The notes beneath the pieces are model-generated. The model did not search any database. It had not been told where the DNA came from and worked only from the letters and a program-made list of their open reading frames with translations. From contig NIVC01003647.1 in NCBI GenBank assembly GCA_002269645.1, positions 1-64,000 on the forward strand: a stretch of 64,000 nt of DNA, in the 5' to 3' direction. Positions 11,982 to 23,912 of this stretch are shown in pieces (position 1 is the first letter of the stretch; each line of letters starts with the position of its first letter). This stretch comes from Macrostomum lignano (lineage: Eukaryota). A program made the position numbers and the translations under genes.

Positions 11982-14507
11982 CGGCTGAAAAAGCTTGAAC
12001 TGTCGACTAGTTTTTACTTTTATTTGCTTTTAGCGTGGTTTTGCTTTTATCTGCTGTTGGCTTCTTTGCTTTTTACTCCTTCCTTGCTTGAAAAGCAATC
12101 TCTTCTCAAGCGCTTTGATGCATATGGACTGTGATTAAAATGCACTTTCTATTGGCCATTATAAATGGAAGCAATTTTCAGACCCTTGCTTAAAGCTAAA
12201 GATGTAAGTCTGAATTTATTTTAAATCTCTTTTAAACCTTAAATATATGTGAGGATCGAATGTCAGCGGGTAGTGATGACTAAAATTTTATTCTAGGCTA
12301 ACTTAATTAAAAAGCGCTGGGTGTAACTTTCTAGATAATTGTGCTCGCTTGATGCGCAACAGATCGCTAAACAGAAAGTTTTATAAAATTCATTTTTCTT
12401 CTCTCTTGTTCATAAGTTTCGTACTGACATTCAAGGGTTGTTTTTTATGTTGAAAGTAATAAGTACAGTTATCACTGTCTTTAATCGGGCAAATACTCGT
12501 AGCTGTTAAGTAATAGTCGAGCCTTTTTGCTACTATCATTTTACGGCGCCTTAGTACGGCATATTTACCAGCAGAGACCGCCTTTCAAAACTTATATTAG
12601 TTTGTGGACAAATAAAGAATTTTGTCGGTTGTCGCGATATGCATGCACTACTCTCGTTGAGTAAATTAAACGTACATGTACGTATAGTAGCGTTTTTCGG
12701 CTTTTTTTGGGATCAGGCTGGTAGTGTGATAAACCAAAACGTCTTGTAGTTTGGATACCAGCTTTAGTCAGAACGACACGACTGATGTTTTTCTATATAA
12801 CAACAAGAGACCTATCGGAGTGATTCGGATGAGAATGGAAAAATCGTTCCTGAAAAAATATTACTTGTAATCTAAGTGTAATGTGTTTAATTTAAATATA
12901 CGCCTTACTTTTCGCGACAATATAACAAAATGTACAGACATACGATATAAAAATTGCGTATATGATTATTCCATGAAGTGGAACTATAGCTAATTGACTA
13001 TTTCGTCTAAAAAGCCTAATGAAATAGAGTGTCATAGCGTTTTAGTGTCAAAGCCTTTTTCGGACTGGCTTTTACATCATAAACAAAGCAAAGGGAACCA
13101 TTAAATCATTTCCTCCTTGACCTCTAAAGTCAGAACTTGTGCTACTTCGCTAGCCGTATTTATTTAATAAAATAATCTTAACGGCTAAGGCTAATTATTG
13201 TAGAGCTATTCTGTAAATCGTGTGAAAAGTGACTGTTCTGTTTCCATATTTGTTTTTGGTGCTTAGCAGAATTACTGTTTTTTATTTTTTTTGTTGTTGA
13301 CATTTTGTAAAATATTTTACAGAGTATTTTCAAGTGAATACTAAATAGTGTGATATTTACTAGTTTAGGCCTAATTGAAGATTTTACTTTTTATCAACCC
13401 TTTAAGACAGGCCCTAGTACAAGTATTGTAATTAGTTATAATTCAAGTTTTTATTAAATAAATATATCATTATATATAGTGAGGTTTTGAAATAAGGGTT
13501 ATAACAATATTTTAAAAAAGAACTTCTGCTGTTTTTGAACCATGTTTATTAATACATATGACATTTATCTATAAGTAGGTTAGTACTATAAAGCCTATGC
13601 TATGTAATGATAACATTATTGTTCTATTAGTGAATAGTTATATTGCTAGATTTAAAGATAGGCAACTAAGGCTAACTTCATTTAAGACTATATGATAGTA
13701 TTTTATGATTTCTAGCATTTGATATTTAAGTTATTAAAAAAATACATGTTTTCATTCCTATAGTATATATAATTAACTAGAAAATATATATAATATATTG
13801 TATTATCTTTTTAAATACCTTTAATATTTTTAACCTAGTTCATTTGTTCGATTAGATTTAGAATATTGAAATATTTAAAAATTTATACTTGTTTCAATAT
13901 ATCATATATATCTTTTATATAAATAGAAGGCTTCTAGCTTCTACCTTCTAGCAAACTCCTAAGATGATTGACCAAAACAAAAAATATCATTGTTGATTGA
14001 AAGACTGGCTAAATAAAGACAGCTATCCAATATCTTAATCAAGATAAACAAATAATATTTTTAACATAATATAATAAATATATACAGTTTATATGAGTAA
14101 ATAAGTCAAAGATTTATTTTATGTTTTTACTAGCAAATAAAATGTTATTTTCTGAAAATATAAAAACAAAAAATAGGCATAGGCCAAAGAATTATTTGAC
14201 CCTTTGAGTTCATTGTAGTACAATGAATGAAATCAGCAAGTATTTATACTTATCTTACATAAAAGGATTCTTTTAATTCTAAAATAATATCTAGTTAATA
14301 TAGTTATAAAATTCTTTACAAAAAACCTTACAGGGCTTTAACTCTTTATCCAACTTTCAGTATTGCAGAACTTACTGCTCACAAAGCGCTGGGCGAGTTG
14401 CAGTGCCATTCTGCTCAGACTTCTTGCTGACAGCTGCTAGTCTTTGTTGCTGTGGTCGAGATTGAAACAAAGAGTGTTGAATAGCAAACTAACTAAAGTA
14501 CACCCCA

Positions 14508-14744
14508 ATGAAGCAGCAGTTTCGGCACAAAGACGGCTGCTGTATTTGTGCAACAAAGAGCAGCACAACCCGTTTCCAATTGTCAACCGATTACGAAGCC
14601 AATTTCGCGCAGGTGTTTGGCGCCAAGGCGCGCAATCGATCTGGCCACATTTGCAACGCCTGCATCCTGTGCGTTAGGCGAGGCTGCGGCGGCGGCAGTC
14701 CCAGCTATGCAGGCTCAGGCATTAACAAAGCTCCATATGCTAAT
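14508..14744 (+). CDS. SINHCAF: FAM60A-like exon 1 (Cys-rich domain)
   Basis: ATG at 14508; CCIC...CNAC; donor GTAAGC. Confidence 0.9.
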
Positions 14745-17281
14745 GTAAGCTGGCTGGCTGGCTTGAACTTGAAGCAGATTAATTAGTTGCTTCAGAGGGT
14801 CTAGGCCCAACCCTGGGGTAACCTAACACTTTCTTTTGACTTCGAATTTCTCATTATTCTTCGTCCAGGGCGAGGGAAAGGGGGGGCGGTTTTTTCGCCC
14901 AACTCATTATAAACAAGGCCACCTGAGGTCAATCGTGCCAGCATGGAGGGGACAAACTTCTTAGTGTACTATTAAAAGTATTCGTTAATGAAACTTGTAA
15001 ATTGTAATGCTTTTAAAGTTTATCAAATATTTTTAAAGGTACAAGATATACAGATGTCTAAGAATGTCTGTGCGTCTCTTCCAGTCCAGATGGTTCCAGG
15101 AGTCCACGAGAGTTCGTAAATGTCTGTACGATACGATAATAATAATAATAATTGATTACACCTGCCCTAATGCGCAGATGTGCAACCGACAGCTCAGCCG
15201 CAGCTATTGCGCGGCGCATTTGAAGACTGCGTACGGCTGTTCAGTCCAAGGACTGGGGGGTCGCCACACACACCCTCAATTACCCCAGCTGATGCTGGCA
15301 CCCATTTTACAACCGGGTGAAATGAAGCAATTCAGAATTAAGTGTCTTGCTCAAGGACACAAATTGTTCCGGGACGGTTAGGAATCGAACTCCTGACTTT
15401 CAAGTCGTAAGTCCGACGCTTCAACCACTAGGCTATAACCGCGTTGACCACCCGGACGATATAATATATATAAGCGTCTAAGAATATCTTCCAGTGTTTA
15501 TAAGTGTTTCTTCCAGTCCAGATGGTTCCAGGAGTCCATGAGAGTTCGTAAATGTCTGGACGCTAATAAAGTCAGGGGGCGCTGTACAGTGTACACCTTG
15601 TGTGTGTTGCGTGCTCAGGGGCCAGCGGAATAGGCACGACTGCTGGCCTCCGCGCTTGCTGCGGGGGCCGACTGTCGATCGCCTGTCTTTGATTTTTGGC
15701 AGCGCCCTCCCTCTTACAATCTGACTGGCTAACTTATCATATAGTTAACGACTCCCTCAGGTCGTGGACTCGCGGCGCGGCACCGGCCCCAAACACATGA
15801 AGCAAATCAGCAAACGGAATCGCCGGCGCGAGCTGCGCGAGGCGGCTGCTGCTAAACAGGCTAACGGCGGCGCCAGCGGAGGCGGCGGCGGTAGCGGCAC
15901 ATCAGGCGGCAGCGCCAACGGCAAACTGCAGCAGTTGGCGGAGGCCGCCGGCGTGTCCGTCGACTTGTCGGTGTCGGCGTCTGCTGCAGGACTGGTCGGC
16001 TTGAACGGCGGGCCTTCGGGTGGCGGGTGCAGCGGAAACGGCGGCGCAGTCAACGGAAGCGGCTCAGCTGCCATGCCTAGACAGATCGGACAGGGTGAGG
16101 CAGACGGGCGCGGGCACTGAGACATTGATGAGGCCGACTCATGACATGATAACTGCCATTATAGGACACCAAGACAGAAGACAGACCTTAGTAGGACATT
16201 ATATAGCACTGAGAGTATAGTATGACTTTACATGATTGCCGCAATGACATTTAAGGCAGATACTATGAAAGTAAAAGACTGACACTAATACACAATAGAA
16301 GTGACGGACAAAATAACATTATAGGGGTTGTAGTTGTAGAGCGTCGGACTCGCGACTTGAAGGTCGGGGGTTCGACCCAATCCCACTGGAACAATCTGTG
16401 TCCTTGAACAAGACACTTGACTCTGCATTGCTGCAGTTCACCCAGCTGTAAAATGGGTGCCAGCATTAGCTGGGGTAATCGAGGGTGTGTGTGGCGACCC
16501 CCCAGTCCTTGGACTGAACAGCCGTGCGCAGTCTTCAGATGCGCCGCGCAATAGCTGCGGCTGAGCTGTCGGTTGCACATCAGGTCAATTAGGAGGTGTT
16601 ATCAAATAATATTATTATCATTATGACATTATTTGACTACGCTATTACACAATAAGAGGGCCAATATGACATTATAGGACTGATACTAATACACAATAAG
16701 AGTGACAATATGACATATGACTGACACTAGTACACAATAGGAGTGACAACATGACATTATAAGACTGACACTAATACACAATAAGGGGGTCACTATAATC
16801 TCATAGGAAAAACGAAGTTTGGATTGGACACTAAGAAACTTTAAGAAAATTATGAAGTGCGTGTATGTTTCAAGAGCTTAACATTTATATTATAGCGAAG
16901 CTCAATGCTTACCATCATCCTCCCTTTCACATTGCGCCTACAGACGGAGAATTCCGAACTCCCCTGGCGCCGCCATCGAATGGCGCCACAGGGCGGCGCC
17001 GTCAGCAATATTATAAGAAGCGGGTGATCATGCAGCCCGTGAAGATACCGGACAGCAAAGAGATTGGCGAATTATTCCAAGACGTCATGCAGTCTCGCTG
17101 TATGGCCCAATCGGACGGGCCGCTGTCATTCCAGCAGGTTCATTCGGCTTTTCTAACTACAAAACGGCGCCGATTGCTGGCCAGCAGCGGCTCCGAGACG
17201 GCTTCAGTCACTAGCACTGAGGCGCCGGAGTCGTTTACTAGTGACACTCCGTCCGCTGGCAGTATTGGACTTCAGCTGTGA
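14508..17281 (+). CDS. SINHCAF: FAM60A / SIN3-HDAC complex-associated factor homolog (3 exons, 302 aa)
   Basis: Exons 14508-14744 (phase 0, GTAAGC), 15761-16094 (phase 1, GTGAGG), 16944-17281; 909 nt. FRHKDGCCICATKSSTTRF...YEANFAQVFG...RSGHICNACILCVRR...N|VVDSR matches the FAM60A N-terminus (GCCICRAKSSSSRF...RSGDICNACVLLVKRW...HVVDAR), recognised from memory. Confidence 0.88.
15140..15443 (-). mobile_element. tRNA-derived SINE copy 2 (intron 1 of the FAM60A-like gene)
   Basis: On the minus strand: A-box TAGCCTAGTGG, B-box GTTCGATTCC, CORE-like domain and (TTA)n tail. This is the most complete head of the three copies. Confidence 0.85.
15761..16094 (+). CDS. SINHCAF: FAM60A-like exon 2
   Basis: ctccctcag|GTC GTG GAC TCG; basic KRNRRR segment then Gly/Ser-rich; donor G|GTGAGG. 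Confidence 0.8.
16323..16630 (+). mobile_element. tRNA-derived SINE copy 3 (intron 2 of the FAM60A-like gene)
   Basis: Same body: gagcgtcggac..gacttgaaggtcgggggttcga...tgtgtccttgaacaagacacttgac...cggttgcacatc. Confidence 0.85.
16944..17281 (+). CDS. SINHCAF: FAM60A-like exon 3
   Basis: cctacag|AC GGA GAA; phase 1 match; YYKKRVI resembles FAM60A YWKRQKI; TGA at 17279-17281. Confidence 0.7.
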
Positions 17282-17639
17282 TTGGCCGGGTCAGGCTTAG
17301 GGCCTGGGGTTCAGGGTTACGTCACAGCAGGGGCCGATGAATTCGGGCCTCCAAAACAATTGAGTTTAGAAGCGAGCAATGTACTAGCGCAAACCTTAGT
17401 GGGATCAGAGAATCTTCAGCCGTGTGGGGGACGCTAAAATAACTAGATATGTCACTCGAAATTAAATTAGTGAAAAGTATAGCGTGTACTATTTTTAATA
17501 GTTTGTTTGCGCAGCGTCGCTTAATTTTTTGTGGTAGCTAAAATCTCCTTTCCTTAGTTTATGGGGTTGAGAATGAACGACAAGAATTTTAATTCGATGT
17601 ACTCAAGTGAACTCAAGAGAAGACACTCAGCCTAGAGAG

Positions 17640-17790
17640 GGGCAGGCCCAATCTAGCTTAGCCAATGAGAGTGCAGTAGGGAGAGACTAGGGGCAGGCCC
17701 AATCTAGCTCAGCCAATGAGAGAACAGTAAGGAGAGACTAGGGGCTGGCCCAATCTAGCTCAGCCAATGAGAGAGCAGTAAGGAAAGAAG
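17640..17790. repeat. Three copies of a 51-bp unit, each with two CCAAT motifs
   Basis: Units at about 17640, 17691 and 17742 containing CCCAATCTAGCT(T/C)AGCCAATGAG. Confidence 0.9.
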
Positions 17791-20700
17791 TCAACGTCAG
17801 ATATAAGCGGGCAAGAAGAAAGCCAAACTGTTTATCGGCCTGACTGGGGCTGGGGCACCACCCCTTTTCTCTCTTGCTCGCTCGGGTGTGGCAGCTTCTG
17901 GGTGGAGATGTTAATTTAATAAGTTTGCTTGTAGAAAGCCAGTAGCAATTGTTGCAGCTTTAAACACTTAAATACTCTTTAAAACTTTATTTAGCCTGTA
18001 TAAAAACAAAAAACGGTAATTTTGCTACTGTTAAAGTGAAGATACTCGTAAGAGCACTTATGTGAGTGACATATCTACTATTCTTGTATCTGTGAACGTA
18101 AGCAGATGGCAAGTCTCGGTCAACTACTACTTTAACTTATGATCAGTCCGCACAGTTCTAGGTTTAGTCGTTATGATTTAGCCTATGATAATACTTTTCC
18201 AGTCTGCTTTTTATCTTGATAAGAAATAGATGAAGAGTTCTATTGTACAGCATTATTTACTGAGAAGAGCTGGTTTTTTAAAAACAGAATTCTTGTTGGC
18301 TATTATTTTTTGGCTATTTTGGATTATGTTTTGAGTACATTCATTAAGTTATTACGTTGTTGATGACAGGTTTAAAATTTGATTTTACTTGTTTTTACCG
18401 TCGCACAAAGACTGTTCAATAAGTAAATCATGTACTAGTAGTTTGTACTTCGTATACATATCTGCTGATTGCACTTCCCAGTATGCTTATTTTAAAAATG
18501 TGTTTGAATTGGCGCCAAGTTTCTCTTACACTGCATGACTGCACCCATGTTTAGGTAGCTATTAATGATGGTCGATACAGGCAGCTAGCAGTAGCAGTTA
18601 CACAGTAGTAGTATGTGGCGCATATCGTTTGTCCCATATTTTTCTGTTGTCCATAAAACTAATGCGCAATCTATGTCTGTTATTTTGAGTCCATTTTCCA
18701 TCACTTGTATCTGGCTGTACAGTTATCACCTAGCCACTTTTGTCTTTTTCGAGTTGACTTGTCATTGTCAAGATTGACTGTGTATTGCTCCTGTTAATAT
18801 TCAAATCAGTTCTGTCTGTGCGCTACGAGTATATTACTGTAGCTGTAGTACAGAGTATTATATATTAGAGTATATATAACTGTAGTACAGAGTAGGTCAA
18901 GATACTACATATATTTGCCTTGTTGCAACCCAACAATATTGAATAGTAGCAACCCATCGCTGTGGTTTTTTTGTGCTCGACTAAAATTTGGTTAGTAGTA
19001 TCGGGTGCGCATGATTTTTTCATTTGTTACTTAGTTTCTTTAATTGTTAATTTAATAGCGCATCGGTTACCGGTTATTCTACGTTGTAAAGTCTCATTCT
19101 TGCTGGCATTTAATGCGTGAGCTAATTCGTTTTTTCCTATTTATTTAATAACATGTACGCGCGTATGATTATATAGCTATACACATATTTTTATATAAAT
19201 AGTATACCCAGCCATTTTGCGTTGAAGTTGCGTTTTGCTTAATTGGTTTTCCTTATCAGTAGAAGCCAACGGATTTATGATCCTTACTATTATAGCATTG
19301 TACGTTTCACTTTTTTTATTGACCGCGGCTTCTTAGTCTGATAGCATCATGCTTTCCTGGAATTGAATATGTACATTCAAACGATTAGTTGTGCATTAGG
19401 GTCCGCTACTGTACTCGTATTCCATATGTTGAAATCTAAGACTTGCTGAGCTGCAAACAATTGGCTATTATACTGATTGAACTACAGGTGCTGAGCCGGC
19501 CAGGTAGGGCAATTAGAGGCAATTGCTATTTATTATAACAAATGACTATTTGTCCCAAGCAATGGCATTATAAACGACCCCATAGTTGCAGCTGAATAAT
19601 GCTTTATTGAGCAAATACTTTTTACGTTTTCAAATTTTTTCTATAAAACTATTCTACATTACTTGCGCGATTGTAAAATCAATATTAAATTTTTTTCTTA
19701 AACGACCAATTTAAAAAGACGCTGAATCGCCAGAACACTTTTTGGTCTTAGTAAAGTTTTTTATTTACTACCGCAAATGTTACCCATTTAATAACCCATT
19801 CTATTTTCCTTTTCCATGCTGTTATTCGCACCTTATTAGTTATTTTGACTATTTTTCTGCTTAGCTGACGACGTCTCATGGCCCCGATTAATTTTAATGC
19901 AATGTAATACTGTTGTACTTGTATTAGTAAGGACTGCGCGTTACGTATTTGTTGCTAACTCGGGTTGGTTCTGAAGCACTGAGCCAGTTTGTGTGTTGTC
20001 TCGAAATTGCTATTTTTCACCTTTCCTGTCCTTATTTATACCAAATCGATCAGGGATATCTAATTTGCTTATATTTTAACTATTTTATTGTTTTCCTATT
20101 AATGATGGGTATGTAGTTACTTTTTAAAATATACAGCGTAGTTTTCCTACGAATAAAGTAAATTTAGATTTCGTATACATGCAATAAGTTACATTTTAAT
20201 ACTGCCATGTGGTGTGGCACGTTTTTTAGACTTCTTTGTATTTTTATTATTCCGATAGTGTCTCGAAGTTTCTATTCAATTTTAAACAAAAAGTTGATTT
20301 AAAATTAAAGTTATTAAAGTACTCGTACCATTCATATTTTTCTACGAGGGTAGTTCCGTGATTTCGTAACCACAAGATGCGCGCCTTCTCAATTCATTAA
20401 CCTGCGTTTTTTATCTAATTAAACCGGTTTTTAGATATTTAGTGAATCAAGTAAAACTCAACGGATTGCGACCAAAAAAGAAACAATTATGCAGTGAACA
20501 GCACAACACCGCATGAGCAGGCGGTACTGTTCACTAAAAACCCAAAATATCATACATGAAAATGCGTAACGTTTTGAAACTGAGTAGCGCACCTTTTACA
20601 GTAAACGTCCGAAATACTGTATCACAAACACAAAATATCATAACTCCGGGTTGTAGCAACCCCAACACTTTTGTTCTTTGGAGTTATGGTCTTTCGAGAT

Positions 20701-21041
20701 TGTTAGCCTTCTTAAAAGCGTTTTTTTAAGCGATCTTTCGGGTTTGTGATATTTTCGCTTTATGATGATGGGATCGAATTGTGCTTTCAGAGTTGATTTT
20801 TCAGGATTATCATGACGACCTGTCCGGTGGACCACAATTGTGTACAATTGCTCACACTTTCTAAATAAAGTCTTAAGCAAGAACAACTCAACTCAACTGA
20901 CTATTAGTATTGTCTTGAGATGAAACTGAGAGGCTCTTCATATTGCTTGTTCTTGTTCTAGAACCAGAACCAATTTGTAAAGTATAACTTTTTGTCTCCT
21001 TAACTAGAGCGATATATTTGCTATAAACTCTTAATTATTGA

Positions 21042-21372
21042 GTCCAGGTAAAGGTACACCGTTTGAGAAAAGTCAGGAAAACGAAAGCAAAAGCGAACAT
21101 CCGCATTTTATATTTAATAAAATTACAATTAATTGATCAATTTTCGCGCGACATGTTTCGCCGAACAATCGGCATCTTCAGGCAAGGCAATATATAGATT
21201 CATTATTATATATTACTCTGAATCTATATTATTGCTTTGCCAAATCTTTGCCAAAGATGAAGATGCCGATTGTTCGGCGAAACATGTCGCGCGAAGATTG
21301 ATCAATTAATTGTAATTTTATTAAAGATAAAATGCGAATGTTCGCTTCTGCTTTCGTTTTCCTGACTTTTCT
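21042..21372. mobile_element. Palindromic Penelope-like insertion carrying two inverted minimal hammerhead motifs
   Basis: 115-bp inverted arms 21066-21180 and 21258-21372 with 4 mismatches. Direct repeat CTTAATTATTGA at 21030-21041 and 21371-21382 is a possible TSD. Confidence 0.6.
21147..21184 (-). ncRNA. Minimal type I hammerhead ribozyme motif
   Basis: Minus strand: TGC CTGAAGA T GCCGA-TTGT-TCGGC GAA ACATGT C GCG. This gives core CUGANGA, stem II, GAAA, palindromic stem III and a GUC site. One extra U follows A9, and stem I is only 3 bp. Confidence 0.55.
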
Positions 21373-22421
21373 TAATTATTGAATGAAAATCGCCAAGAAG
21401 AAAGTGAAAAATTGTGCAAAGTGTGGCTGTTAAGGCAGTCAAATATTCACAGAGTTAAATAGTTATACTGCTGTTTTCCTTGGAAGATCCGAACCGATTC
21501 TGGTTCTGGAATTGGTAATGTGAAGAGCCTCTGAGTTAAATAGTCCTTGACCAAAAGACGTTAAAATTTTTAAGCATAAATAAAAAAGTCAAATTAATAA
21601 TTGTCTTCTAAACTAATTTTATTTAAAAATCAATCCTTAAATTCAATTTATCACAATCTCTGTTACTTACTCTTGTACCACAGCAAGAAAACTTTGTTTG
21701 ACTATGTAATGACGAATTTGTACGACTTAAATGTTTGGAAAGAATGAATTTCAGAGAATTATCTAAAAAACCGTGGTCCCATTTTCTTTGTCCGATATAT
21801 TTCTTGATCATCTATGTCTTATTGAAGTGTTTTGTTTGTCACTGGGTTAACTTTTGAATTTGAGTTTGTCTTTTTTCTTCATTATAACTAGTATTAGTTT
21901 AATTTATCTAGGCCTTGAAACTTATGCTTATGGCTTTTTATAATAGACTAGTTAGAGTAGGCCTAGCGCAATAAATGAAAATGACGTACAAAAGTACCGC
22001 AATAGCAGTACTGATATTACAGTACAATATATTTTACTTGTATTGTAGATCTACCATGAAACATCGTTAGACCAATCCTATACAATAATTTATGCTAGTT
22101 GCTAGGCACTTATAATTATACTTGTTCAAACTTTTTGAAATAAAACTTTGCAAGCAAGCACTTAATTTCAATAATACAATATGCTATCTTATGGCTATTT
22201 GAACCAGTCTTATCTAGGTGCAGGTCATTTTGGTGACAAGTTATTTTGGTGACAATCATTTCACTCAGTCACATTGTTTATTTTGGTATAAGTTGCTTTT
22301 ATAATAAAACTAGGCCTACCTTTTTAAGTTTAGTAGGCCCAAAAAGTGGAATATTTTGGTTGGTAAGTTAGGCCTAGTTGTAATTTTATTTTTGACAATG
22401 TTGGGCACAATTCCAATATTC

Positions 22422-23010
22422 CCATAGTCAGGATAATGTACATTATGCCGGAAATTTCCAGCGTACAATTGAAAAATTTACTTTTTTTGGCGTACAATTG
22501 GTGTAAAAAATGAGGCAAAATATATTTGGCATACCTTTTGGCGTGACGCCGTGGCGTAAATACGCCAAGCAGCGCATGCCAACTCCAACCTTCACACCAA
22601 AGTTAATATTAACAATTGTTGGCATAACACCGTAACCTTAGAATCTTATTATAAAATCATAAAAACCATAAAACTCATAAGATGAAAGTTCAAAACTATT
22701 CATGATTAATAAAAATTTAAAATTCCACGCAAACTAATTGTGTAATTTTCTAAAAAAATTTAAACAAAAAATTGATTTTTGTTGGCATTATCTGTAAGCC
22801 AATTTACTTTAAATGAAAACCATACATTTTTTAAATAATTTATTTGAAGAAAAATGTGTAACATGCAAAAAAGGTCATTTATTGTTGCAAAGCCTAGAAA
22901 ACCTGGCGTAAGTTCCTAGGACCTTGGCGTACATTTCAGTATGAAATGGCGTAGATTTTTTTAGGGGACTTTTTATTCCGGCGTATACCATGACATGATC
23001 CTGACTATGG
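22422..23010. mobile_element. MITE with 18-bp TIR and 8-bp TSD (hAT- or P-like)
   Basis: TIR CCATAGTCAGGAT(A/C)ATGT; TSD CAATATTC at 22414-22421 and 23011-23018; internal TGGCGTA motifs. Confidence 0.8.
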
Positions 23011-23460
23011 CAATATTCCAATACTCTGATAGTGATAGGCCTATTATTGACCATACCTTTTGGGTATTAGAGTATTAGAAGCCAGTACTTTTTTGATAGC
23101 ATTAGACTTCTATAACTTCCTTTCTTTAATAGGCATAAAGAAGACTGACTACAAAGGCTAGTAAGTAGTTAATTATCAACTATACAGGCAATAATTTTGT
23201 TAGACTGTGTCAATGATTTTTAGAAATTATACATATATAACTGCTAGCCAACCTGGCTAATTTGGCCACTATAAATTGTGGTAAACTAGGGATAAGTTGC
23301 AAAAATGCTTACCAAAAAGAATATAAAGGTAGTAAAGTTTTAGTATATGGACTAATTAGATGATGAAGCATTTAGCCTTAATAAGATAGTCATAGTTACT
23401 CTTACTATTTATCTAGTTGCACCTACACATAAGCCATAGTTTGGATTGTGTATTAATATA

Positions 23461-23912
23461 GGTAGTTGTTATTTGTCCAGTGACCGGATAAATAGCAATG
23501 TGGTTATTTGTCTGGTTACTGGATCCTGACCATGCTTTCCTATTCATCTGGTTAATACCAGACAAATAGACATTTTGTTATTTGTCCAATTAAATTGATA
23601 ATGCTAAAATATCTAGTTTATAAAAACTACAAGGGTAAATATTCCTAGACTTCAAAGACTTCTTACTTGTATCTTGATTATTATATATAGTTATACTAGT
23701 GTGTGTCTTATACACCAAATTATGCCAAATTGAATACACTGCTTTGTTGCTTACACTCAAGTAATACAAGAAAATATTAATCAATATATGAGAAAAGGTC
23801 TTAAAAATCTAGAATATTCATTACGAAACAAATAAGATAATTGTGTTAGCAATTTAACTGGACAAATATCAAAAAGGCTATTCATCCAGTCACTGGACAA
23901 ATAACAACTGCC
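23461..23912. mobile_element. Mutator/MULE-type MITE
   Basis: 36-bp TIRs (33/36 identical) starting GG(T/C)AGTTGTTATTTGTCCAGTGAC; 9-bp TSD ATTAATATA. Confidence 0.8.

Noticed and set aside
15380-15443. tRNA gene
   Set aside because: The A and B boxes run straight into a SINE body shared by three copies, and there is no complete cloverleaf.
20638-20886. 82-aa minus-strand ORF
   Set aside because: No recognisable motif or splice context.
21400-21520. Possible degenerate THAP domain (VKNCAKCGC...EDPNRFW)
   Set aside because: It needs a stop and a frameshift, and the match is too short to support.
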